Positions 9,446 to 18,820 of a stretch of 40,609 nucleotides of DNA are shown in pieces. Every line of letters starts with the position of its first letter. Within the stretch, counting starts at the first letter, position 1. The stretch lies in IMG/VR virus record IMGVR_UViG_3300001869_000189, positions 1-40,609 of that record; one strand, written 5' to 3'. Both the position numbers and the translations under genes were made by a program. The stretch comes from a virus. Lineage: Duplodnaviria > Caudoviricetes. The notes under the pieces are model-generated. The model made no database searches, had not been told where the DNA came from, and saw nothing but the letters and a program-made list of their open reading frames with translations.

Positions 9446-11151
9446 TGGTCATAATCGACATTAAAATGAGCATTCAATACAGGAAGTAAGAACTTCAATA
9501 CAGGGATTTTATAATAATAATTTACAGTATCCGTTGCTAACGTGACAAACTCTTGATCAGCATTTGTCACTGCCCAACTGGCGTAATATGCTATCTTATC
9601 ATTTACAACCTCACTAAATAAAACCGGCTTATCAATGTTTACTCCAATTTTATGGAATAGCATTAAAACGTTACCCGATAAAGGGCATGAGAACCTTGGG
9701 AAAGCGGATGGTGTTGTAAGGTCATCGTAAGGTATTATCTCGACGCTTTCAAGTGGAGTAGCTAAAACCTTTTTTACTACCGTTCCTGAACCTGCGTTTA
9801 ACAAGGTAAAATTCAATACACTAGTACCTGTTTTGAAAAAGTAATCTGGTAAATACTGCGTTCCGTTGAAGATAACAGCAGAATAAATGTCCCTGTTAAT
9901 ATTACAAACTTTATAGATTGAATTAGTTTCTAATGGATCAGTAGGTATTAATGCAGTTCCATTCATTAGGTTTTGGTGTTTGCCGAAATAGTAACCAAAA
10001 GCACTGCCATCGACAGACATAGTACCAATACCATTAAATTTAATCCCATTGGGAATAGATATTACTGTATTGCTTTTAATTCGATTCCATATTTGAGCTG
10101 AAGCCGTATTGAAGTCAATAGATTTGTCACTATTTACACGCATTAATGTCCCTGCATTTATAGTATCTGTTCCGTCTGTATTCACATCAATAGGTGCATT
10201 CCACATTGTATTTACCATAGTTGCAGCCGGTTTAAAACAACCTACGTAACCTCCTAAATCGGAAGCATAAAGTGCTTCATTATTTGAAGCTGGATTCAGT
10301 GAATAATCTGACACCGTACCATCACCATTATACGCATTAAATATATTTGCAGATGTTCCTCCGTTTCTTTGTTCTTTTATAATTCGACAGGTTTCATTTC
10401 CAAAACTATCTTTTGTAAATAATAATAAAGAATTAGCAACAGACATTCCAGCAGAAACATAAGCATTACGAACTAATTGAATATTAGCTTTTGAGTCATT
10501 TGTCCAAACGGGTTGAATAATAGGTACTGATAGGTATTTGAAAATACAAGTTGATGGGAAAATAGTATAAAGATTATATCCAAAATTTGAGTTCACATAA
10601 TTAAATTCAACTATTTGAATACAATTTTTTATTGTCCCCAATGAAATTTCATTTCCAAAAAATGTAGATTGGTAAATAAAGTGATCTCTTCTACCATCAT
10701 TAGAGCTGCCATGTGCGATATCTTTAATTAACAAGTAGCTAAAATCGTTTAGTCCTGATACATTATATTTATTAATTATTGAATGAATCCACGTTCTGCT
10801 ATTAACTGATCCACTAACGCTGTCAACAGTCATATTATAACAACCAACTCCTTCATATATAACAGGATTATAATTTAAAAATAGTAATTGTTGATTAATG
10901 TCATCACCTATTAAATTTTTACTGTTTAAAAAAAAATATTCATTTGTAACTCCTCTAAAAACGATATAACTTACACCGCTTTTTTGGTTGGCTCTAAAAG
11001 CCGATTTAAAAGGATATTCACGAGTTCCATCCCCTGAAAAATCATCTCCTACATATGTATGATAAAATACAGTATTAGCATTTGTTATAGCTGTAGTTGA
11101 ATCAGTTCCATCAGCATTCGGAACAAATAATCTTTTAAAATACTTAGCCAT
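9442..11151 (-). CDS. Putative tail spike / receptor-binding protein with beta-helix-like N-terminus
   Basis: 569 aa, Asn/Ile-rich; YVGDDFSGDGTREYPFKS resembles the start motif of right-handed beta-helix (DUF1565-like) proteins. Confidence 0.5.
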   Translation of the reverse strand: MAKYFKRLFVPNADGTDSTTAITNANTVFYHTYVGDDFSGDGTREYPFKSAFRANQKSGVSYIVFRGVTNEYFFLNSKNLIGDDINQQLLFLNYNPVIYEGVGCYNMTVDSVSGSVNSRTWIHSIINKYNVSGLNDFSYLLIKDIAHGSSNDGRRDHFIYQSTFFGNEISLGTIKNCIQIVEFNYVNSNFGYNLYTIFPSTCIFKYLSVPIIQPVWTNDSKANIQLVRNAYVSAGMSVANSLLLFTKDSFGNETCRIIKEQRNGGTSANIFNAYNGDGTVSDYSLNPASNNEALYASDLGGYVGCFKPAATMVNTMWNAPIDVNTDGTDTINAGTLMRVNSDKSIDFNTASAQIWNRIKSNTVISIPNGIKFNGIGTMSVDGSAFGYYFGKHQNLMNGTALIPTDPLETNSIYKVCNINRDIYSAVIFNGTQYLPDYFFKTGTSVLNFTLLNAGSGTVVKKVLATPLESVEIIPYDDLTTPSAFPRFSCPLSGNVLMLFHKIGVNIDKPVLFSEVVNDKIAYYASWAVTNADQEFVTLATDTVNYYYKIPVLKFLLPVLNAHFNVDYDQ

Positions 11152-11153
11152 GA

Positions 11154-11417
11154 TTATACGGTTTTAATGCTTAAATAGAAGTCAGAACAAGCCCAGTTAC
11201 TTTGATCTCTAAAAATGTAGTTTGGACAAATAACTATTGTAAATGATTTTACCGTGATAGTATAGCTAAATGGTCGTTTGAAGTTATCCAAAGAATCAGG
11301 AGCAAGTTTATCATTGATCAACACATTTACATTCTCGTTATACCACTCTTGAAATTCGGTTGTTTGTTCTGAAAGCAACTTACTTTCGTCAAACTGGATT
11401 GTATCTGTTATCTGCAT
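11154..11417 (-). CDS. Hypothetical protein in tail-fibre cassette
   Basis: 87 aa ORF tightly packed between neighbours. Confidence 0.55.
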   Translation of the reverse strand: MQITDTIQFDESKLLSEQTTEFQEWYNENVNVLINDKLAPDSLDNFKRPFSYTITVKSFTIVICPNYIFRDQSNWACSDFYLSIKTV

Positions 11418-11422
11418 AATAA

Positions 11423-12496
11423 TTAGAATATTATTAAAGCATCAGCACTATCGCTACCTGCTTTTATTGTTAAGTTATTAATTTTTAATTCTATATTTCT
11501 GGGAATAGTTACTCCTATAAGTGTTATATGATCATAATTTGTAACGCCAATAGTTGCATATAAACCTAAGCAATCGGAACTGAGCCTAACATCTGAAATA
11601 GTTCTATCATAAGAATATGAAGGAAGTTTACGAGGTAAGACAGTTCCATTTGCACCAATTTGAAAGATTGCCATTGTAGCTGGTGCATTATTCCCTGGCA
11701 TCCCATGTAGAGAGCTCAACCATTCCGCTTGCGTTCCTGCAAATCCATTATTCATGGCAATTTCAAAAGCTGAAATTCCATTTCCATTTAATGAAACCAC
11801 CCATTCAGCTTCTGTCTTTATAGGATTATCAGTAGTAGTTGTTTTATAACTTTGATAGGCTGAATTATATTCGGCAGTAGTATCATCCGATACTTTAGTA
11901 ATCCAGTAGACTACATAGTAAGGCGGGCGGTTTTCGTGAGATTGGTCACCACCTGCATTTTCAGTGATATTACCATAATCAGGACCATTAATCCCCATTT
12001 CTCTTCCTTGAGTATTGCTCTGGTCATTTCCTGCATTGCCTAAAATTCTATGTTTATGAGCAGGGATTTCAGATACTGTCAACTTATGTGTTGCTTCACC
12101 TCCTGTATTTCCTGCTTTTCCGTAATTTTCTGTTGTATCTGAAACATTAATTGGAAACGAAGCTTTGCTTGAGTCGTAACCAATCAGGAACCGGCTACGA
12201 TAATCAGGAACTACCACACCATTGATTGGTTGTCCGTTATTTCCGTTACTCAGCACATAGCCGACCGGGATTTCAGCAATTGCACCTGACCATACAACGC
12301 TCATACCTTTACGCACGCCTGTAGTGGATTTAGAAACGGCATCCTGAATTAAGGCAGCAGCTGCCGGTGAAATAGTAGTTGAAAAAAAATTGATCATATT
12401 TTCCAGCATCACACCAATCCTATTACTAGAATTTTTATTGATAGAATTCTCATTCTTTATCGTTTCGGCGGCTGCTAATAAATCATTCACTTCCAT
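11423..12496 (-). CDS. Tail fibre protein with tail-collar domain
   Basis: IPVGYVLSNG...PDYRSRFLIG...GGEATHKLTVSEIPAHKH...HENRPPYY collar motifs; SAFEIA...GTQAEWLSSL motif. Confidence 0.8.
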   Translation of the reverse strand: MEVNDLLAAAETIKNENSINKNSSNRIGVMLENMINFFSTTISPAAAALIQDAVSKSTTGVRKGMSVVWSGAIAEIPVGYVLSNGNNGQPINGVVVPDYRSRFLIGYDSSKASFPINVSDTTENYGKAGNTGGEATHKLTVSEIPAHKHRILGNAGNDQSNTQGREMGINGPDYGNITENAGGDQSHENRPPYYVVYWITKVSDDTTAEYNSAYQSYKTTTTDNPIKTEAEWVVSLNGNGISAFEIAMNNGFAGTQAEWLSSLHGMPGNNAPATMAIFQIGANGTVLPRKLPSYSYDRTISDVRLSSDCLGLYATIGVTNYDHITLIGVTIPRNIELKINNLTIKAGSDSADALIIF

Positions 12497-12514
12497 GCTC
12501 CCTTGTTTTTTCTA

Positions 12515-12550
12515 CAAATAAAATAGAATGAGGAAGCAAAAAAAAAGACA
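12515..12550 (-). promoter_or_regulatory. Candidate phage late promoter, copy 2 (fibre/lysis operon)
   Basis: Minus strand TGTCTTTTTT-N18-TTTATTTG, 18 nt before the ATG at 12496. Confidence 0.7.
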
Positions 12551-12551
12551 C

Positions 12552-12929
12552 TCAGAAATTGAGTGCCTCCATAATGATCAGTTGGAAATCTTCGCCGTAC
12601 AGCTCGGCTCTTTTTTCGGTAAGTACTTTTATTGAGTGGTACCACGATTTATTATACCAGGGCTTTCGCTTTCTTCCTGATCCGGTACCGGCATCCGCCA
12701 TGGTGACTCCCCGACCGACACCCATATCGACCATGCGACCATAATAATTGTATGCATAAACAATTTTATCGACATCCCCATTTGATTGAGTCACCACCTC
12801 AGTGAGGAAGGAACTGAATAACTCACCGGTGTCACGAACCTTGAGCTGTGCAATCTTATCCTGCCATATCGTGACCATCATTTTTGCCCAGGCACGGTAG
12901 TAGTCGTTTTTATTCCCAGTCGTTTGCAT
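12552..12929 (-). CDS. Putative neck / tail completion protein
   Basis: 125 aa; RDTGELFSS, YGRMVDMGVGRG and RKPWY motifs resemble neck/tail-completion proteins. Confidence 0.55.
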   Translation of the reverse strand: MQTTGNKNDYYRAWAKMMVTIWQDKIAQLKVRDTGELFSSFLTEVVTQSNGDVDKIVYAYNYYGRMVDMGVGRGVTMADAGTGSGRKRKPWYNKSWYHSIKVLTEKRAELYGEDFQLIIMEALNF

Positions 12930-13386
12930 CGTATATCAATTCTACCGGTTCATTCAGGGTAATAATGAAGTAAATTCCGGTAGTTCCTGCCGCAAACATG
13001 CCCGGCACCTCATGGTAAGGTATGCGATTTTTGTCCAAATAGGCTAAATCTGCCACAGAACCGGAGTCCTTAATCAGTTTTGCCAATAGTTTTTTGTGGA
13101 TCAGGCGGGTTTCGTTCGTTTTTTCTTCCCGATCGATCTGATTTTTAAAGTCGTATTTTTTCAAAACATACACCACCACCGATCGACGGTTAAAGTATCC
13201 ACCACCCTGCTGAATGGTCACTCCATCGTCGGTATCATCAACGGCCAGAAATGCGGAGGAACCCTTTATATCGGATAAAATATCTTCCAGGTAATTTAGC
13301 CCGGTAACACGACAGAATTTATAATCTGCTTTAGTCAGTTTTAGTTTTCCGGTCAGGTTTTCAAAGTAATCTACAGCGTTCCACAT
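12910..13386 (-). CDS. Putative tail terminator / structural protein
   Basis: 158 aa in portal/head-tail operon; function from position only. Confidence 0.45.
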   Translation of the reverse strand: MWNAVDYFENLTGKLKLTKADYKFCRVTGLNYLEDILSDIKGSSAFLAVDDTDDGVTIQQGGGYFNRRSVVVYVLKKYDFKNQIDREEKTNETRLIHKKLLAKLIKDSGSVADLAYLDKNRIPYHEVPGMFAAGTTGIYFIITLNEPVELIYDANDWE

Positions 13387-13389
13387 AGT

Positions 13390-14169
13390 TTATGAGTGTT
13401 TAGTTCTTGCTTCCAGTTCTTTTGCCTCGCGACACTTATCATCCATTTCACTCAGGGCACTCCATGCCGGCGCAGCCAGAACCTGATCTTCTTTTGTGAT
13501 ATCACCTTCAGTAAGCATCCTTACCTGATTGCGGACAATTCCAAGCATATCAGGTGCAGTGCTTGGGTCATCATCGTCCACATCTACCCGATTAAACAGG
13601 TATTTGAATTTCGAAGAAAAGTATTCCTTAATGCCAATAAACCACATGACAACCATCAGTTTTTCAACCTCAGAACATTTTGCCATACGTTTAATTGATT
13701 TATAGGTCAATTCATTGCTGTATTCTTCGCCAGGAATACGAAATAGCGTAGCCATTAGTTCATATAAGTGAACTTCAGATTTTGTGAAGATAAACGCCTG
13801 GTAATAGTTCTCGGCATCCAGGTACTGAAGGAAAGTAATATCACGCAATAGTTCCTCGCATGGGCGGTACTTCCCAATCTTAGCCAGTGGGCGAATGCCA
13901 ACATATCGCTTTGTCACAAAATCCAGTGTTTTGGAAAAATCGTAGGTTTCCTCTATTGTCATGGAGAAAAATCCCTTCAGTTGTTTTTTTGTAAAATAAT
14001 ATACTTCGGAAGTACCTCCTATGGCTTTAATTCCTGTGAATTTGATAAGACACTTTGTCCATATACATTCTTCCTTGTTACCTTTTACTTGCAATTGAGC
14101 TACATAGCGCACTTGCTTTTCTGTCATTTCTGCGTAATTACGCGGTGAAGTTAAGTCGATTGTTCCCAT
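13390..14169 (-). CDS. Phage hypothetical protein (possible tail assembly chaperone)
   Basis: 259 aa, coupled within structural operon. Confidence 0.5.
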   Translation of the reverse strand: MGTIDLTSPRNYAEMTEKQVRYVAQLQVKGNKEECIWTKCLIKFTGIKAIGGTSEVYYFTKKQLKGFFSMTIEETYDFSKTLDFVTKRYVGIRPLAKIGKYRPCEELLRDITFLQYLDAENYYQAFIFTKSEVHLYELMATLFRIPGEEYSNELTYKSIKRMAKCSEVEKLMVVMWFIGIKEYFSSKFKYLFNRVDVDDDDPSTAPDMLGIVRNQVRMLTEGDITKEDQVLAAPAWSALSEMDDKCREAKELEARTKHS

Positions 14170-14999
14170 TATATTCCGAAAAAGAAGGTTGGATCAGTTG
14201 CTTTATTTTGATATTTTGGCGCAATTTTCAAAGCGTACTCGGCACTGGCGGCATACGTTGGATAGTCGGTAAGCGTTTTTTCCATCATTACCACTATCTG
14301 AGTGAGAAGTTCCTCAGCCTCATGTTCCTCTTTTTCTACATATTTTGCAAGTACCAATTTACAGGAATCAACTACCTGTTCGTTGAGTTCTGTAAGCGTA
14401 TTCTTCCGAATTTGGTCAATCAATTCAGCTACATAATCAATGCTCAGGCGTTCCGATAAATCATTTTTCTGAGTTGCCAGGATTGACGGCTTCATTTTCA
14501 GAAAATCGGCACGGGTACTGTATTTCGAATAACTCGCAAAATCAATTCCGGTCAAAAAAATGCAGTTAGTCAGCGTTTTGAATCCTTTAAATTTTGTCCA
14601 TTCCGCCAATGCAGCTTCACTGCTCATTATTTGCATAATCAACAAATCGGTATGCAAATCAATGTTTTGCTCGCACCAAAGAATCAATCTTTCCACTCGC
14701 TCTTTGCTTGCCGGTGCCTGGTTAGAATTACTGATAACAGCAAAACCGTTGTTTGTTTGGATCAGGTCCACAAACGGAATGGCATTTTTGTATAACTGAA
14801 ATGCAATCAAATTGCACAATGTCGTTTTCAAATCTTCGCCATCTTCCAGGGCTTCTATATAATCGTACAAATTAGTACCAACCAGCAACGCTTTAATTGT
14901 TGCATCGGCCGAGTTGCAAAAAGGTTCTAAATCCGTCCACTTCGAACCGATAGCAGTGGGAATCGATTTTACAAAATCGTCAATATTAGTTATTAGCAT
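14169..14999 (-). CDS. Head-tail adaptor-like protein (DUF6712-like)
   Basis: 276 aa helical protein with internal duplication, NNGFAVISNSNQAPASKERV motif, directly after portal. Confidence 0.6.
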   Translation of the reverse strand: MLITNIDDFVKSIPTAIGSKWTDLEPFCNSADATIKALLVGTNLYDYIEALEDGEDLKTTLCNLIAFQLYKNAIPFVDLIQTNNGFAVISNSNQAPASKERVERLILWCEQNIDLHTDLLIMQIMSSEAALAEWTKFKGFKTLTNCIFLTGIDFASYSKYSTRADFLKMKPSILATQKNDLSERLSIDYVAELIDQIRKNTLTELNEQVVDSCKLVLAKYVEKEEHEAEELLTQIVVMMEKTLTDYPTYAASAEYALKIAPKYQNKATDPTFFFGI

Positions 15000-16335
15000 T
15001 TGGGTCTGTTGTTTGAGTTATTGCATCTGTTTTCTTATCTAAAGTAGTGAGTAACATGATAGGAATATCAAATTCTATATCCCAACCGTTATAGTGTTTT
15101 ATTACAAAATAGGGTTCAAGTAAAATATCTTTAGGTCCTTTTTCAAGTCCTTGTTTCATAGTGAAAAGTTCACGGATATTGCTTCCGTTCATTTGTCCGG
15201 CACTTTTCCCTGGTGTTACGCCAATCATGCCAGGATTATTTCCGGTAGCGTAACAAGCCATTGAGGCGCCTTCTTCGGTATCTTCAATCCAGTCGCCACC
15301 TTCCTTTTGGTTATTCACAACATTAATTCGCACCATCGATTGTTCTTTGCCGTTAGGGTCAACATAGAACCCTGAGAACCAAACTTTACCTGAATTTTGA
15401 ATTCCAACAAGAAACGATTTTATATTTTCTTTTTCGAGCTTCATGCGCTCAAGTTGTTTCGCCGGATCAGTTATGTTTTCACGGCCGAAAAGCACATCCC
15501 AATATTTATCATTGATTTCTACCTGGTATTTAATTACCAACCCATTTGTGAATTTCGCTTTCTTCCCTGAAGGGATTAATTGCTTCACATCGTACCAACC
15601 ACTATTAAAAAGTGCCCAATAGTAAGGAAATGGATAATATTTATTGCCTGGAATAGGAATTCGATTGAGCATGGCGAACTTACGGGTTTTAGTTGCCTTC
15701 CTGGTTTTTCCGTCTTCGTCCGGCATTTTTCCCATGCGCACCATCAGGTCACCAAGCGGATCATCAACGTCTAATAGTTCCAGGTCTTCCCGATGGGCTA
15801 ATATTGGCGCACCTTTTTCCCAATTACCGTAAAAAATATGCTCTAAAGCTCCGGTCGCAGGATTACAAGTTTCCAACCGGCAATACAACGCATCCTTATG
15901 ACGAAGTTTTACAATTTTATTGCCGTCACCGCTAAGTATCAAAACTGAAACTGTAAAATAAAAGTGTTTCATATCTGTTTGTTGCTCAAATAGATATTTA
16001 GGCGGGCGATTGTATTTGAAAAAATCAACGATTTCCTGATCCATAATTTCAGAACCATCCTTTTTATTATATTTCAGTCCATTGGCATATCCGGCTTCGA
16101 TATTAAATAACATGTTCGGACTCATTACTTCATCCTTGCGGATCAGTTCAAGAACTTGGTTCGGGCGAAGATTGTCATCGCCCCAGGGTACATATCCGCG
16201 AAGCACGCCCGACTCAGGCATCTTTATGGGTACAATATCATCGGTATCAAAAACCGTGGTACCGACATTCATTTTATCAAGTGCCTCTCTTGCTATTTTC
16301 CCAATCGGGATTTCAAATACATTTATTTCTTTCAT
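14986..16335 (-). CDS. Phage portal protein
   Basis: 449 aa; YVPWGDDNLRP, YYPFPYY, GIQNSGK, MIGVTPG motifs; size and position fit. Confidence 0.8.
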   Translation of the reverse strand: MKEINVFEIPIGKIAREALDKMNVGTTVFDTDDIVPIKMPESGVLRGYVPWGDDNLRPNQVLELIRKDEVMSPNMLFNIEAGYANGLKYNKKDGSEIMDQEIVDFFKYNRPPKYLFEQQTDMKHFYFTVSVLILSGDGNKIVKLRHKDALYCRLETCNPATGALEHIFYGNWEKGAPILAHREDLELLDVDDPLGDLMVRMGKMPDEDGKTRKATKTRKFAMLNRIPIPGNKYYPFPYYWALFNSGWYDVKQLIPSGKKAKFTNGLVIKYQVEINDKYWDVLFGRENITDPAKQLERMKLEKENIKSFLVGIQNSGKVWFSGFYVDPNGKEQSMVRINVVNNQKEGGDWIEDTEEGASMACYATGNNPGMIGVTPGKSAGQMNGSNIRELFTMKQGLEKGPKDILLEPYFVIKHYNGWDIEFDIPIMLLTTLDKKTDAITQTTDPNANN

Positions 16336-16337
16336 AA

Positions 16338-16565
16338 TTAAATATAAATTTCTTCGTCATTAACTTCAAAAATGCTGATAATCCTTACTGTGCGTAATTC
16401 ACGGCTCTCTACAAAAATCAAATTTGCCGTGTTACGTTGAAAATTGGAGGAAGTACACACCACGTTGTTATAAGTCAATATCTCACCCGTGGTGCCCTTC
16501 CATACCTTACAATTAAAGGGTTTTCCATCCCTTAAAATCTTTCTTAATAAGCTTGTATGTATCAT
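16338..16565 (-). CDS. Small phage hypothetical protein
   Basis: 75 aa, beta-rich, 2 nt upstream of portal. Confidence 0.65.
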   Translation of the reverse strand: MIHTSLLRKILRDGKPFNCKVWKGTTGEILTYNNVVCTSSNFQRNTANLIFVESRELRTVRIISIFEVNDEEIYI

Positions 16566-16567
16566 TG

Positions 16568-17656
16568 TTATTCAAAACTTTCATCAAACGTTTCGTCGAA
16601 TATTCCCTTAGCCGCATTTTCAAAAATCAGATGAATGATTTTTGGACCACGGTAATTAAAAGTGAAAGCTTGCAGCTCGTTAGCTTCGCTGTCCGATTTC
16701 TCCACACCTACAAGCGTAATTTCCTCACTCAAGCCGCTGACACCTGGCGTGTACAATCCAACCGAGTAACTTTTCACCAGATCATCAATCCACTCCATTT
16801 CCACATCGCTCAAATAGCCGCTATTGCAGGTTTTCTCACTTACAAAGTCCTGTGTTATTTTTCGGTAATGATTTTCGATATTACCAAGGTTGAATTCATT
16901 CGTTTTCTTATTTACAGTTAGTCCGGTAGCCGTGAATGTTTCCAACACTCCAAAGCTGTTGATGTAAACGAATGATTTAGAATGTCGATAAGGGGTATTG
17001 TCCACTAAAAAAGTGTATACACTGGTAAGAAAATAAGTACCTGTCAGCCAAATATCGTAACTTAAAAAAGTAGTACTTAATGCTAGTCCGGAAACTGTCA
17101 CTAATATGCCCATGGAAGCGTTGAACGTTGTTACCCGATCGACCCCTGAAGCTGCTATGGTTTGGAGTACTCCGGTCTTTTCGGTTATAACTGAATCAAC
17201 AAGGTAATAGGCTTTATAGTGCACTGTTACATCACCAAAAGTTGTTCTTTGCAAAAAGGAAAGATATTCATTGCGTGTCTTGGCAGTACGTTTTTCCATA
17301 AATGCCCGGGTAAGAAAATTCAGTTGAGTCCAGGGACCGGCAATTACATCTACAAACGCTTCGCATTTCAGCACGCTGAAACTACTTGAGTGTGTTGTCA
17401 CTCCCTGAGTTATGGTGTAGGAGAAATTGAGCAATAACCCTGAATCTGTGAAATACTTTTCTACTATTTCGCCCAGGTTACGAATTTGGATATTTCCCTG
17501 TGTATCAAATACATATTTTTCACTGATAATTACTTCTGCCCCTTTTTTAAGTTGAAAAGTAACCGTAGTGTCTACATCGGTTTTTATCAGAATAATATCC
17601 GGTATCGAATGTTGAAAATAGAGTGTACCGTTGCCTGGTTCCTGCGAAATTGTCAT
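16568..17656 (-). CDS. Putative virion structural (tail/baseplate) protein
   Basis: 362 aa, beta-rich, YINSFGVLETF motif, C-terminal IFDETFDESFE; first gene after promoter copy 3. Confidence 0.55.
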   Translation of the reverse strand: MTISQEPGNGTLYFQHSIPDIILIKTDVDTTVTFQLKKGAEVIISEKYVFDTQGNIQIRNLGEIVEKYFTDSGLLLNFSYTITQGVTTHSSSFSVLKCEAFVDVIAGPWTQLNFLTRAFMEKRTAKTRNEYLSFLQRTTFGDVTVHYKAYYLVDSVITEKTGVLQTIAASGVDRVTTFNASMGILVTVSGLALSTTFLSYDIWLTGTYFLTSVYTFLVDNTPYRHSKSFVYINSFGVLETFTATGLTVNKKTNEFNLGNIENHYRKITQDFVSEKTCNSGYLSDVEMEWIDDLVKSYSVGLYTPGVSGLSEEITLVGVEKSDSEANELQAFTFNYRGPKIIHLIFENAAKGIFDETFDESFE

Positions 17657-17685
17657 AAAAATAGCCTTTGATTAATTTGATAGGA

Positions 17686-17721
17686 CAAATTAAATTCAAA
17701 GACTAAAGCAAAAAAAAGACA
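17686..17721 (-). promoter_or_regulatory. Candidate phage late promoter, copy 3 (portal operon)
   Basis: Minus strand TGTCTTTTTT-N18-TTAATTTG, 29 nt before the ATG at 17656. Confidence 0.7.
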
Positions 17722-17722
17722 C

Positions 17723-17754
17723 AAAAAAACCCCGATCGAGTTTGACCGGGGTTT
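17723..17754 (-). terminator. Rho-independent terminator ending the c4-like operon
   Basis: AAACCCCG (17727-17734) / CGGGGTTT (17747-17754) stem with T tract on the minus strand. Confidence 0.8.
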
Positions 17755-17768
17755 AAAAATATAAATTA

Positions 17769-18290
17769 TTAGTGTTCGCGAAGTTCCATTGCGCCATCTT
17801 TTCGCATGAGCCACACCGGAGTGGCATCGTCAAAGTCTATCGAATACCCATTTGTTGCCAAATAAGCTGCTATCTCGTTAGTGGATAAGTCTGCCATTGG
17901 CCGGATATCGAGTTTAATTTCTTCACTCGTTTTGCGGATCGTTGCATTTTCTTTCGTTGCCGGTTGAAATTCTCCACAATACCGGGAGAGGATTACAAGG
18001 CGATAGTCCGGAACTTGCTTAGTCTTTGATTCATATTGTTCTTTCAGAAATTGTAGCAACTTTGTTGAATCTATTTTACCTTTCGCCCAACTATTAATCA
18101 GAAATTCATCCCATAAGTATCTATCTCCGGTGTATTTGCCATTATCCGTCACGCTGATAATTATAGCGCCTTCAGTACCTGTATCTGCAATTTCAGAAAT
18201 CATATCGAAACATTTCTGTACAAACTCATCGTTATTTTCGAAGGAAATATAATAAGCTTCGTCATTGATCATTATTTCTGCTTGTTTCAT
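17769..18290 (-). CDS. Hypothetical protein, possible C-terminal winged helix
   Basis: 173 aa; KTSEEIK...STNEIAAYLATNGY looks HTH-like; 4-nt overlap with upstream gene. Confidence 0.6.
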   Translation of the reverse strand: MKQAEIMINDEAYYISFENNDEFVQKCFDMISEIADTGTEGAIIISVTDNGKYTGDRYLWDEFLINSWAKGKIDSTKLLQFLKEQYESKTKQVPDYRLVILSRYCGEFQPATKENATIRKTSEEIKLDIRPMADLSTNEIAAYLATNGYSIDFDDATPVWLMRKDGAMELREH

Positions 18291-18565
18291 GATTGACCTC
18301 CTTCCGTATCAGTTAAATTTGCAGTTTCAAATTCCTGAATGTGTAATGTCATGACAACGCCTTTATTAATCAATACATACACCATTTCGCCAACGCCTTG
18401 GTGAATGGACATGTCAATTTTCTTACTGCCATTAGCCAGTTCGCTAATTACATCGAGTACGGTGTGACTTACCGAACGTACATCTGTTTTTTTCTTGAAA
18501 ATCTGATGCATTGATAATGCATCTTGCTCAGGAGCACATCCTGATTGTGAGGTTTGTTTTTCCAT
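18287..18565 (-). CDS. Hypothetical protein, first gene after c4-like RNA
   Basis: 92 aa; a 14-nt antisense target site ends 2 nt before its ATG. Confidence 0.65.
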   Translation of the reverse strand: MEKQTSQSGCAPEQDALSMHQIFKKKTDVRSVSHTVLDVISELANGSKKIDMSIHQGVGEMVYVLINKGVVMTLHIQEFETANLTDTEGGQS

Positions 18566-18603
18566 TTTGGTGTTTTCTGCATTTAATTTTAGAGCACAAA
18601 AAA

Positions 18604-18689
18604 GCGATGCTCATATATCGCTGCAGAAAACACCATAGGGCATAATACCTGTCAACCGTTACCGGTTCAGGTTCGATATATGGCATCGC
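18604..18689 (-). ncRNA. c4 / CI-like antisense RNA
   Basis: Closing stem GCGATGCCATATATCG / CGATATATGAGCATCGC, internal hairpin AACCG-GTAA-CGGTT, internal segment complementary to one upstream and one downstream site on the same transcript. Confidence 0.7.
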
Positions 18690-18719
18690 CATATTTTCAA
18701 TAAGTTAGTTTTTGGGCAT

Positions 18720-18742
18720 AAAAAAACCACCTCTTTTGGTGG
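18720..18742 (-). terminator. Attenuator-type terminator in leader of c4-like operon
   Basis: Minus strand CCACC-AAAAGA-GGTGG-TTTTTTT. Confidence 0.7.
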
Positions 18743-18774
18743 ACACCGTATGTCCTATTTTGTTTTCTGCGTTG

Positions 18775-18806
18775 CAAATATCGGAGTAATATTTGTAATT
18801 ACCAAA
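18775..18806 (-). promoter_or_regulatory. Bacteroidota housekeeping-type promoter for c4-like operon
   Basis: Minus strand TTTG-N20-GATATTTG (consensus TTTG-N19-21-TAnnTTTG, one mismatch). Confidence 0.55.
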
Positions 18807-18820
18807 CAAAAGGATAAATT

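Noticed and set aside
1390-12496. Diversity-generating retroelement targeting tail genes
   Set aside because: No reverse transcriptase ORF in the window and no ~100-nt template/variable repeat pair noticed.
9230-12496. Invertible tail-fibre shufflon
   Set aside because: All genes are on one strand; no invertase or flanking inverted recombination sites seen.
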